A DNA stretch of 50,972 bases, from positions 1 through 50,972 of the forward strand of contig CAZTNI010000004.1 in assembly GCA_964615415.1 (NCBI GenBank), read 5' to 3'. The number at the start of each line of letters is the position of its first letter. The first letter of the stretch is position 1. Shown here in pieces: positions 1-7,169 of the stretch. This DNA is from an uncultured Candidatus Saccharibacteria bacterium (GTDB lineage Bacteria > Patescibacteriota > Minisyncoccia > Phycocordibacterales > SBAW01). The position numbers and the translations under genes were made by a program. The notes below the pieces were generated by a model. The model was given only the letters and a program-made list of their open reading frames with translations. It did not search any database and was not told the DNA's origin.

Positions 1-55
1 GAGCTTCATCTAGAATGATTAGATCGAAATCTACCATATTGATTAGCTTAGCCCA
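1..55. repeat. Terminal overlap: nt 1-55 are identical to nt 50918-50972 (circular contig closure; unit length 50917 bp)
   Basis: Direct comparison of the window ends: gagcttcatctagaatgattagatcgaaatctaccatattgattagcttagccca occurs at both. Confidence 0.95.
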
Positions 56-1063
56 CGGCGAGACGAATAAGCCTGCATCTTCATCTCTATCTCCACGACC
101 AAGGATATCATAGTTCATGATGTGATACTTGATTTCCTTGTTCATCATCGAATTAATTGCAATCATGTCTGGAACAGAACCAGATAACATGACAGCATTA
201 TGTGGAGTACACTTCTGAATCTCTCGCTTCCAGTTAATCTTGAGAGTAGCTGGACAGATGATGAGAACTCTGCAATTAGGAATAGACTCTGCGATTGAGA
301 TTGAGATTGCAGTCTTGCCTAGTCCCATGTCATAAGAGATAATAGCTCTGTGTCCTACATGAGCTGAGTATTTCTTAGCTACACGTTGGAAAGGTTTAAG
401 AGATAACTTAATGTCATCTGGAATCTCTGGTGCGTCTTGTGCAATAGAGATTTCTAGTAATGCAGAGCGAGTCTTGAGTTCATTCTCTAGAAGAGTCTTG
501 ACTTCTGGAGAATAATCAAACGTGACAGATGGATTCTGTTTAGGCAAGAGAGCAGTTAACTTGTATGCTTCTGATGTGGAGACAGCATAGTAATCTGTTC
601 CCGCATACCAAGTTGTGATGCCAGAGACGTAGATATCCTTGACCAAAGCATCGCGCTTTCGGAGAACAATTCTCCCGTGCTTAGCATCCAGAGAGACTGA
701 GTAATCACCCTTGTTAATGAAAGAATGAATCTCATTCTCTACATTTAGGATGAAAGAGAGAGTGTAATTTGTACCTGACAGACTGGTCAGAAAATCATGC
801 CAATTTTTAGCAGGCAGCAAAAATACTCCACTTCCCATGTGATAAGATATTCCAATCTGCTTTGAGAGGAATGTCTTAATCTCTGGTGTGGATTCAGTTG
901 GCTTGAAAGAAATCCTACGAGTCGATACGTCGAAAGCTAGAACGATGAATGTCGGAGGTTGATTAGCTTGAGGCTTAGCTATGTGAGAATTGTTATCTTG
1001 AACTAAGACTGGAGGTGGAGCTGGAACATATGGAACAAGAGATAGTTGAGTTGACTCACTCAT
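1..1063 (-). CDS. SNF2/Rad54-family helicase, N-terminal part (partial in the window; same gene as 49956..50972 across the circular junction)
   Basis: Hand translation from the ATG at 1061-1063 (MSESTQLSLVPYV...) runs off the window start. It contains motif I/Ia (YDMGLGKT...LIICPATLKINWKREI) and reads ...AKLINMVDFDLIILDEAH through the 55-bp overlap into ORF 49956..50954. The joined gene is 2025 nt (674 aa). ATGAGTGA overlaps the upstream stop. Confidence 0.85.
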   Translation of the reverse strand, partial: MSESTQLSLVPYVPAPPPVLVQDNNSHIAKPQANQPPTFIVLAFDVSTRRISFKPTESTPEIKTFLSKQIGISYHMGSGVFLLPAKNWHDFLTSLSGTNYTLSFILNVENEIHSFINKGDYSVSLDAKHGRIVLRKRDALVKDIYVSGITTWYAGTDYYAVSTSEAYKLTALLPKQNPSVTFDYSPEVKTLLENELKTRSALLEISIAQDAPEIPDDIKLSLKPFQRVAKKYSAHVGHRAIISYDMGLGKTAISISIAESIPNCRVLIICPATLKINWKREIQKCTPHNAVMLSGSVPDMIAINSMMNKEIKYHIMNYDILGRGDRDEDAGLFVSPWAKLINMVDFDLIILDEA

Positions 1064-1733
1064 TGGATTCTGCCTTGTAGTTGAAAGCTACTTGTGCTGA
1101 TGCGTTTTCATCTGCTGAGAACTTGAGAGATATAGATTCAATCTCTTGTGCTGAGTCTGCAAGCTTGAGTTTAGAGAGTAGAACTTGTTGAGATGAAACT
1201 AGACTGATGAGTTCCTCTTTACACTTAGCTCTGAGATAGGATGGATTCTCACCAGAGAGTGTGACAGAGATGTCTGTATTAATCTCACGCATTGTTACTG
1301 TGTAAACTTCTTTAGTCTCAATGAATGAGTCGGGAACAACTGGAGTGAAGCGTTCTGGAACGTTAGTCTTATACCATTTGTTATCCTTGGATACAAATGC
1401 TATTAGCTCCGCGGGTGGATTGTTAGAGAGAGTCTTTTCCATCCGAGGAATACGAGATACAATTGTAGCAATATTACGACGCAATCTGATTTTGTTACGC
1501 TCGAATTCCTTTTGGTCCCGTGCTCCAAATACAAAGTCTGCTAAAAACATAGAGCGCAGAGTGATTGTAGGTGGAAAGCCTGCGGAGATTGTAGCGTCAG
1601 AATTTAGAAGGGGACTTACGGAAACGACAAAATCACAACTTAAGCCTTGGGCTTGAGCTGTGTCCTCGACTAGCTTCTTAGCTGTATTTAATAGGATGGA
1701 TTTAAACTGTGGATCTTCTAGATTTTCTATCAC
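1056..1733 (-). CDS. Hypothetical protein (225 aa after trimming the track ORF)
   Basis: The first 37 codons of track ORF 1056..1844 overlap tRNA-Thr. An in-frame GTG at 1731-1733 is preceded by AGAGG and lies just downstream of the tRNA. Confidence 0.6.
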   Translation of the reverse strand: MIENLEDPQFKSILLNTAKKLVEDTAQAQGLSCDFVVSVSPLLNSDATISAGFPPTITLRSMFLADFVFGARDQKEFERNKIRLRRNIATIVSRIPRMEKTLSNNPPAELIAFVSKDNKWYKTNVPERFTPVVPDSFIETKEVYTVTMREINTDISVTLSGENPSYLRAKCKEELISLVSSQQVLLSKLKLADSAQEIESISLKFSADENASAQVAFNYKAESNE

Positions 1734-1786
1734 ATTATTATACCTCTGATTAGAGTTGATAAAGGATAATACTATACAAAGAACAG

Positions 1787-1859
1787 AGCCTCCCGCGAGA
1801 CTCGAACTCGCGACCGCTTGATTACAAATCAAGTGCTCTACCAACTGAGCTAGAGAGGC
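1787..1859 (-). tRNA. tRNA-Thr (anticodon UGU)
   Basis: Hand-folded cloverleaf: GCCTCTC TA GCTC AGTTGGTA GAGC A CTTGA TTTGTAA TCAAG CGGTC GCGAG TTCGAGT CTCGC GGGAGGC T. 73 nt. Confidence 0.9.
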
Positions 1860-1863
1860 GTGT

Positions 1864-1970
1864 GTTAGTGTTAGAACCTCTTACTTGCTAACAGAAACTT
1901 TCAGAGGAATTGTTATAAGTATGAGTTACTGCTGTTAGTCAGAGCCATACTGTATCTATCTAACACTAAC
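1864..1970. repeat. Nested inverted repeats forming a structured spacer between the tmRNA 3' end and tRNA-Thr
   Basis: gttagtgttaga (1864-1875) pairs with tctaacactaac (1959-1970). The inner pair is ctaacag (1888-1894) with ctgttag (1932-1938). Confidence 0.6.
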
Positions 1971-1973
1971 AAG

Positions 1974-2439
1974 TGGACCTGGGGAGAATCGAACTCCCGT
2001 CTTGTATAAATACTTGTGATTATTATTTACGGGGGTAGACTATTTACTTTGATTGCAGGCCAAAAAGAAATAGACAAAGAAACACACCAAGTCGGTTTAC
2101 ACAACCTTAACTCCTGCAATTAATAGGGGCTATGATTTCTCACGGCCCTCCACCACTCTATTTAACTGACTTATTAGAGTAAGTCTTGTAGTATAGAGAC
2201 TACAATCCTAATCTCTCACACTACATCGTGAGGTTCTTTGGTGCGCAACTTGGATTACTATGGCGTTACGCGGCCATACGATTGATGTTCGCATTCTTAC
2301 GAGCGCGGAAAGCATCAAGCGAAACAACACTGTTGTCAGTGGCGTTTGATTTGTGGATAATCTTATTTAAAGTCTACGATTACCAGAGAGACTCCCCGAA
2401 ACAATTACTTTCTTTACACAATCGAAACCAGTCAGGCCC
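1974..2439 (-). ncRNA. ssrA: tmRNA (SsrA), full length, about 466 nt
   Basis: The 5' end GGGCCUGACUGGUUUCGAUUGUG matches the tmRNA 5' consensus pattern. The 3' end is GAC-GGGAG UUCGAUU CUCCC-CAGGUCC-A. The acceptor GGGCCUG/CAGGUCC has a G3:U70 wobble and an A73 discriminator. An internal tag-like frame ends ...NRMAA-UAA, with the stop inside hairpin AUGGC-CGCGUAAC-GCCAU. There is no credible CDS in the region. Confidence 0.8.
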
Positions 2440-2535
2440 GAAGAGAGCATTTACTTTTTCCACAGACAGCGAAAAGAAATACACAAAGAAAAGTCTGCAA
2501 CCGTCCCAAGGAGGGGGACTCTGTGACTGAGAGGA

Positions 2536-2853
2536 TTACTTTCTATCTACTAACTCAGCTATTTTTGTTGTATCTTCCAACTTCGCAATTCTTTCAAGAA
2601 GTCTATCAACCTCACTTCTGAGAGAATCTACCCGTGCAGTAGTAAGTTCAAGCTCTTTGTTTCTAATGGAATTTTCTTTTGTGATTTCTTCAACGAGCAA
2701 ACTCATCGCAATACTAAAAGCATCTCGAACTTCTTGTACTTCAGCTTTTCTACATTCAGCAGCAAGTACTCCTAGCCTATAACAAAGCATTTGTTCTTTA
2801 GTATCGAACTCGAAGTCATTGCCGATAATAGAAGATACTTCATGAAGCTTCAT
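2536..2853 (-). CDS. Hypothetical coiled-coil protein (105 aa)
   Basis: ORF track entry on the same strand as the operon. The C-terminal half is heptad-like and charged. Confidence 0.7.
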   Translation of the reverse strand: MKLHEVSSIIGNDFEFDTKEQMLCYRLGVLAAECRKAEVQEVRDAFSIAMSLLVEEITKENSIRNKELELTTARVDSLRSEVDRLLERIAKLEDTTKIAELVDRK

Positions 2854-2979
2854 ACTTTACCTATTGTTGATGTGAGTGGTGCAATAAAAAATCCTAACCA
2901 GAACCCTGGAATTTAATCCATACTCAGGAATTCTCATTCTGTTGCAACAGTGAGAATACTAGCCGGAAAGGATTTGGAT

Positions 2980-3054
2980 ATCTACTGGTGGGAATCGAAC
3001 CCACATTGGACGTTTTTTCCAGTATCGTCTCAACGAATTGAGATTTACAGTAGA
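2980..3054 (-). ncRNA. Non-canonical tRNA-like element (75 nt): perfect acceptor and T-arm, irregular D and anticodon arms
   Basis: Acceptor TCTACTG/CAGTAGA plus T-arm GTGGG TTCGATT CCCAC. The middle folds only as an extended arm (GACGA..ACGTC) with an oversized loop around CUGGAAA. It lies in a 320-nt ORF-free gap (2854-3213). Confidence 0.4.
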
Positions 3055-3213
3055 ATACCTAAGTTTGTGTTATTGAGGCAAACTTAGAAACCCACAGAGA
3101 GTTTAACTGAGTTTAATGTCATCAAGTCACTCACAAATTGAGACACCTAATTACTTTAAGTTGATTGGATAAAGAATTAGGAAAGAAAAGCCAGTCTATA
3201 CATTACTTCTATT

Positions 3214-3735
3214 TCAGTTGGAAATCTCAGCGAAACGCTTCGCAAGCTCTTCCATAGTAAGCTTGCCTTCCTTGAAGAGAGACTGAAGCTCATCGAAGCG
3301 ATTAATCTTCTCCTTAGCAGAGACAGAAGTATCCTCACGCCAAGTATAAGTCTTGCACTTACGAAGACCAGCTTCAATCATTTCCTCTTCCGTACCATTC
3401 GTAGCCATACGAACAGCGGCCTTACCATCTCGTGTAGCAGCATCACGAGTTACATCATTGAACACAGCAAGAAGCTTATCAACACCACCACAATCAGCGG
3501 CAGCTTCCTCTAATGTTTCAAACTGCGGATACTCGAAACGTTCAGCGGGAATTGAAATCTTAACAGGAATAACATCCTGTCCAGCGGGAGTGTCCGCCTT
3601 ATTGCGAACGTTGTTTGTAATCTCAACGATATTCGGACGATACTCACCAGCCTTAGCTAAACCTGCAAGAACTTCCTCATCCTTCTCAAGATACTTCTTA
3701 CCAAGAAATGCGGGCAGACGCTCGTAACGCGGCAT
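3214..3735 (-). CDS. Hypothetical protein (173 aa)
   Basis: ORF track entry in operon orientation. The overlapping plus-strand ORF is Ser/Ala-rich junk. Confidence 0.75.
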   Translation of the reverse strand: MPRYERLPAFLGKKYLEKDEEVLAGLAKAGEYRPNIVEITNNVRNKADTPAGQDVIPVKISIPAERFEYPQFETLEEAAADCGGVDKLLAVFNDVTRDAATRDGKAAVRMATNGTEEEMIEAGLRKCKTYTWREDTSVSAKEKINRFDELQSLFKEGKLTMEELAKRFAEISN

Positions 3736-3798
3736 TGTTAACTCACAAAGAAAGTTTTGACTATCACTTGTACGCGGATAGTCTTGGCGTTGATGTGC

Positions 3799-3984
3799 TT
3801 ATTTCTTAAGGTAAAGAACTAATTCTACTTCACGAAGATGAATGAATCCTTCATCCTCTACCCTTTCGATTTCTAAATAATCTGATTCAGAACTAAAGCC
3901 AGGAATAACAACTACAATCTCTTCTTCTGGACCCATCGCTTCTTGCACCTTTTGTAATTGTGCAATTAAATCTGTGACTTTCAT
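3799..3984 (-). CDS. Small protein, MK(V/I)x(D/E)LI family, copy 1 (61 aa)
   Basis: Track ORF 3799..3996 trimmed to the ATG at 3982-3984, which follows GAGGAttaag. The sequence is MKVTDLIAQLQKVQEAMGPEEEIVVV... Confidence 0.65.
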   Translation of the reverse strand: MKVTDLIAQLQKVQEAMGPEEEIVVVIPGFSSESDYLEIERVEDEGFIHLREVELVLYLKK

Positions 3985-3985
3985 C

Positions 3986-4156
3986 TTAATCCTCAATGAT
4001 TAAAAGAACATAATCATGTACTGATGCATCTACTTCAATTACATTCTTATCATTACTACCATCTTCAGGTTGTTCAGACTTCTTACAAAACTTAAGTTCT
4101 CTATCTAAAGAGAGTCCACTATTTGCAATTTCTTGCAATAAATCCATAACTTTCAT
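3986..4156 (-). CDS. Small protein, MK(V/I)x(D/E)LI family, copy 2 (56 aa)
   Basis: Hand translation: MKVMDLLQEIANSGLSLDRELKFCKK...VLLIIED. GAGGT lies upstream. It is below the ORF-track cutoff. Confidence 0.5.
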   Translation of the reverse strand: MKVMDLLQEIANSGLSLDRELKFCKKSEQPEDGSNDKNVIEVDASVHDYVLLIIED

Positions 4157-4182
4157 ACAACTTACCTCGCGTCAGGAAGGGT

Positions 4183-4211
4183 AATATAGCACTCTCTAGG
4201 CTCCCTGTCAA
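4183..4211 (-). promoter_or_regulatory. Near-consensus sigma70-type promoter (TTGACA-17 nt-TATATT)
   Basis: Minus strand reads ctcTTGACAgggagcctagagagtgcTATATTaccc. It sits directly after the stop of 4220..4684 and upstream of 3986..4156. Confidence 0.6.
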
Positions 4212-4219
4212 GAGCCAAT

Positions 4220-4684
4220 TTAGAGGCTGTCAACTGGGACCGCGGGAGCGGGAGCGGGAGGCTGAGAATTAGAATTGTTTAGTTCATTAGTTGCCCAATA
4301 TTCTATAACATCTGCGATTTGTGGGAAGGTGAGACGAACTGGAGAATATTCTAATTGAGAATGAACTGAAATTCCTCTCTCCCTGAGTTCTTTATTTGTT
4401 GGATAGTATCCATCATTCAATAAAGTTAGTTCAACTCCCCCAAACTTAAAACCATACTTTTCTGGAAAACCATAGAATTCCTGAACTTCATAGGGAAGAT
4501 TTAAAGCTTGGCCTAGAAAGTGTAAGTCATTATCAAACTTTCCGAGTCCTGAAATTTCACAGGCTACACCGAGACAGCAATAAGAATTATCAAACTCTTT
4601 CAACCTACCTGTTGTTTGACGAAGCCTTCCAGACCTAAGTTCCTTGCATAGATTCATGCAATTGTTAAATTGGGTTTGGTTCAT
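4220..4684 (-). CDS. YCCLGVA-motif family protein, copy 1 (154 aa; Pro/Ala-rich C-terminal tail)
   Basis: Shares LRSGxxxQ...YCCLGVACEIS...LNDxG...IADxIxYW with 5391..5762 and 5764..6222. Confidence 0.8.
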   Translation of the reverse strand: MNQTQFNNCMNLCKELRSGRLRQTTGRLKEFDNSYCCLGVACEISGLGKFDNDLHFLGQALNLPYEVQEFYGFPEKYGFKFGGVELTLLNDGYYPTNKELRERGISVHSQLEYSPVRLTFPQIADVIEYWATNELNNSNSQPPAPAPAVPVDSL

Positions 4685-4797
4685 CTTACGTCATCTCCGT
4701 TAATAAATTTCATAACTATTGCTACTATTCCTACAGCGCACAAAAACATTACTGTTGCCATACCTATAATACTATAGGGATAAAGGGTACACATCAT
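4681..4797 (-). CDS. Small hydrophobic peptide (38 aa)
   Basis: Hand translation: MMCTLYPYSIIGMATVMFLCAVGIVAIVMKFINGDDVR. There is an ATGA overlap with the neighbouring gene at each end. Confidence 0.45.
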   Translation of the reverse strand: MMCTLYPYSIIGMATVMFLCAVGIVAIVMKFINGDDVR

Positions 4798-5048
4798 ATC
4801 TTACTCCCCTTTGGTTTGTAATCACGCATTTCAAACATCACTTCCCAAGTCTTATCATTAAGCTTAATCATAGACTTGATATGATGAAGATTGAGGAACT
4901 TAAGAAGAGTCTTATCACGCTGGAGAATTGATTTGATTATCTCGCTTTCATTTGTAGCGCAGAGTATAAGGACTTTGAGCTTAGTTCTATAAGACTCATA
5001 AGTATAATCATACTCTACACGGATACCGTCGATGATTAGGTGTTTCAT
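4794..5048 (-). CDS. Hypothetical protein (84 aa)
   Basis: ORF track entry, translationally coupled to its neighbours. Confidence 0.7.
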   Translation of the reverse strand: MKHLIIDGIRVEYDYTYESYRTKLKVLILCATNESEIIKSILQRDKTLLKFLNLHHIKSMIKLNDKTWEVMFEMRDYKPKGSKI

Positions 5049-5272
5049 TATTGTTCTACCTTTATCATGTCAGATATAGCAGTAAGTCTATCAATAAACC
5101 ACTGTGCATCCTTTGTGTTTACCAGGAGAAAACCAGCGTTTCCTCCGCGATTGAAAACAGTAATACAGGTATGTTGTATTCCTTCATCTACAGAAATAGA
5201 AGAAAGAATCTCCGTTGCAGGAGAATAGAAATCTTCTTCATATTCTTTTGGAACGTATCGGTATTTCTTCAT
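5048..5272 (-). CDS. Hypothetical protein (74 aa)
   Basis: ORF track entry. GAGAGGAAT lies before the ATG, which follows the conserved post-tRNA leader. Confidence 0.7.
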   Translation of the reverse strand: MKKYRYVPKEYEEDFYSPATEILSSISVDEGIQHTCITVFNRGGNAGFLLVNTKDAQWFIDRLTAISDMIKVEQ

Positions 5273-5307
5273 ATTCCTCTCAGTTAAAGTAAAAGTACAT
5301 ACAACAA
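5273..5307 (-). promoter_or_regulatory. Conserved post-tRNA leader, copy (TTGTTGTATGTAC...GAGAGGA)
   Basis: Minus strand reads aaTTGTTGTATGTACttttactttaactGAGAGGAat-ATG. Related copies are at 1734-1786, 6872-6911, 8048-8086 and 8372-8411. Confidence 0.5.
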
Positions 5308-5380
5308 TTCCCCCAGCGGAACTCGAATCCGCAACCTAGTGATTAAAAGTCACTTGCTCTACCAGTTGAGCTATGAGGGA
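5308..5380 (-). tRNA. tRNA-Lys (anticodon UUU)
   Basis: TCCCTCA TA GCTC AACTGGTA GAGC A AGTGA CTTTTAA TCACT AGGTT GCGGA TTCGAGT TCCGC TGGGGGA A. 73 nt. Confidence 0.9.
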
Positions 5381-5390
5381 TTGTGAAGCT

Positions 5391-5762
5391 TTAACTCTTT
5401 GCAATTACCTTTTCGATTTCATCTGCGATTTCTTTGAAAGATGTTCCATTGTCATTCATTGAGGTTAATGCATAAACTAGAAAAGGAAGGTTTCCAAAAG
5501 CACTTCTGAATCCGTACATTTCCCTTACTGTTGGACTATTAACAAGAGCAGTATCCTCATCAGCATCAGGAAAAATTACTGCATAATTCGTTTCACTATT
5601 TGTCAGTTTCCATTCAACTCCGGCAAGGTCGTATGCTACACCCAGACAACAATACTTGTTATCATAACTGCGAAGACAATTTTGACCTTGCTCATACTTC
5701 CCAGACCTCAGAGCTTCAACAAGCTTAGTGAGGTTTTCTTTTTGTGTTTGAGTGAGAGACAT
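5391..5762 (-). CDS. YCCLGVA-motif family protein, copy 2 (123 aa)
   Basis: MSLTQTQKENLTKLVEALRSGKYEQGQNCLRSYDNKYCCLGVAYDL...MNDNGTSFKEIADEI. Confidence 0.8.
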   Translation of the reverse strand: MSLTQTQKENLTKLVEALRSGKYEQGQNCLRSYDNKYCCLGVAYDLAGVEWKLTNSETNYAVIFPDADEDTALVNSPTVREMYGFRSAFGNLPFLVYALTSMNDNGTSFKEIADEIEKVIAKS

Positions 5763-5763
5763 T

Positions 5764-6222
5764 TTATTCCTCTATTGTAATGTTATCAATCCAATACTGA
5801 ATAATATCCGCAATCATTGAGAAAGTAAACTCTCCCGAATCATTGAGAACATCCAATCTAACTTCAGTATAAGCTCGGAGAAAGGTTTGATCCTTAATCA
5901 TCTTTTGTTCAAACACACTAGCTTGGTCTTCTCTACTGTATACATCCGACAACATTAAACCACGAGAATTTTCAAGCCCGAAATATTTAGTAACATCAAA
6001 TGGCATGGACGTAGAACTTGCAACATCCTTGTTAATTTCGTAACAAAGATTATTTGCAATATTGTATTCCCATTTACCAAGATTGGAAATTTCACAGGCT
6101 ACACCGAGACAACAGTAACCAGCCTCAGTTTTAAGCAAGTCTGTAGCTTGTTTATACTTTCCAGAACGTAGAGCAGCAATCCATTCTTGGATGCGTTGTT
6201 TCTGTACTAGTGTGAGAGACAT
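5764..6222 (-). CDS. YCCLGVA-motif family protein, copy 3 (152 aa)
   Basis: MSLTLVQKQRIQEWIAALRSGKYKQATDLLKTEAGYCCLGVACEIS...LNDSGEFTFSMIADIIQYW. Confidence 0.8.
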   Translation of the reverse strand: MSLTLVQKQRIQEWIAALRSGKYKQATDLLKTEAGYCCLGVACEISNLGKWEYNIANNLCYEINKDVASSTSMPFDVTKYFGLENSRGLMLSDVYSREDQASVFEQKMIKDQTFLRAYTEVRLDVLNDSGEFTFSMIADIIQYWIDNITIEE

Positions 6223-6449
6223 TATTGAACAACTTCCTCAGGATTGACAAAGGAAACATTACCATGTTCATCTTCGATTGCTACTTTTGGAAGCTGGAGC
6301 GAGAACACTACACAGTCTGATTCTAAATCAGCGGAGAAATCATGAACAGATAGGATATCTCCTACAATATCCAAGTTCATATTCTGTGTAAGCATTGTGC
6401 GTTCAAGCAGAGAGATTAACTCTTGTTTTGTTGTAGCTAGGATTTTCAT
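6222..6449 (-). CDS. Hypothetical protein (75 aa)
   Basis: ORF track entry with 1-nt and 4-nt overlaps with its neighbours. Confidence 0.7.
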   Translation of the reverse strand: MKILATTKQELISLLERTMLTQNMNLDIVGDILSVHDFSADLESDCVVFSLQLPKVAIEDEHGNVSFVNPEEVVQ

Positions 6450-6670
6450 TTTGCTGCCTCCTTCATAGCCTCTTTTAATTCTTCGTCTGTGAAGGTGTCA
6501 AGACTAGCCATAAACTTATTATGGAGAGTGTAGATTGTATTTGGAGCTTGTGTTTGCAAACCAACAATTCCTTGTGTTGCTGTTTCTTTATCACCTCCAT
6601 AAACAGCATCCATAGTGAGTTTTAGAAGTGAGAATTCTAACAAATCTAAAACTAGTATAACTTGTTTCAT
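6446..6670 (-). CDS. Hypothetical protein (74 aa after trimming)
   Basis: Track ORF 6446..6769 trimmed to the ATG at 6668-6670, which follows AGGAGGAAGTAAA. Confidence 0.65.
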   Translation of the reverse strand: MKQVILVLDLLEFSLLKLTMDAVYGGDKETATQGIVGLQTQAPNTIYTLHNKFMASLDTFTDEELKEAMKEAAK

Positions 6671-6790
6671 TTTACTTCCTCCTTGAAAAGTGAAATAATG
6701 AGTGGAACAAATACCCTCTTTCGGAATTGAACCGAAATATCTGGAGCCAAAGTCCAGTGCATTAGCCAATTATGCTAAGAGGGAGAGTTT

Positions 6791-6871
6791 CTACCATGTA
6801 TCATTATGTTCTGTACCAAACATCCAGAGTGCTACGAGAATGTAGACTACTATTACTATTGTGATTAGCAT
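6791..6871 (-). CDS. Possible small hydrophobic peptide (26 aa)
   Basis: Hand translation: MLITIVIVVYILVALWMFGTEHNDTW. GAGGAGAAATAAA precedes the ATG. The ORF is very short. Confidence 0.3.
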   Translation of the reverse strand: MLITIVIVVYILVALWMFGTEHNDTW

Positions 6872-6911
6872 TTTATTTCTCCTCTAAAGTGAAGGTACAT
6901 ACAAACAAAAG
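6872..6911 (-). promoter_or_regulatory. Conserved post-tRNA leader, copy
   Basis: Minus strand reads cTTTTGTTTGTATGTACcttcactttAGAGGAGaaataaa-ATG. Confidence 0.5.
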
Positions 6912-6995
6912 TGCCCCATCCCGGACTCGAACCGAGACGCTATTTCTAGCGAGAGATTTTAAGTCTCTTGTGTCTGCCAGTTTCACCAATGGGGC
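6912..6995 (-). tRNA. tRNA-Leu (anticodon UAA), class II with a long variable arm
   Basis: Acceptor GCCCCAT ... anticodon arm AGAGA CTTAAAA TCTCT, variable arm CGCTAGAAATAGCG, T-arm CTCGG TTCGAGT CCGGG, then ATGGGGC A. 84 nt. Confidence 0.9.
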
Positions 6996-7004
6996 GGCGT
7001 TACA

Positions 7005-7169
7005 TTAGATTATTACTACTTCAATAGAACTATATTCACAGTTAGGATTTACGCATTTTTGAACATCTATAACAGGTTTACAATTTCTGGCTCTAGGTAA
7101 TACTACTTGAACATCTCCGTGTTCCTTCTCGAATTGTTTAAGAAGTTTGATAAGCTCAGAAATCTTCAT
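7005..7169 (-). CDS. Small protein, MK(V/I)x(D/E)LI family, copy 3 (54 aa)
   Basis: Hand translation: MKISELIKLLKQFEKEHGDVQVVLPRARNCKPVIDVQKCVNPNCEYSSIEVVII. Confidence 0.5.
   Translation of the reverse strand: MKISELIKLLKQFEKEHGDVQVVLPRARNCKPVIDVQKCVNPNCEYSSIEVVII

Noticed and set aside
1974-2040. tmRNA 3' fragment as a phage attP site
   Set aside because: A complete tmRNA is present (5' acceptor strand, tag frame, T-arm), and no integrase or excisionase gene was found anywhere in the genome.
2228-2530. 100-aa plus-strand ORF
   Set aside because: It lies antisense across the tmRNA and its upstream spacer. It has no SD sequence and an odd composition, and the RNA-gene interpretation explains the region better.
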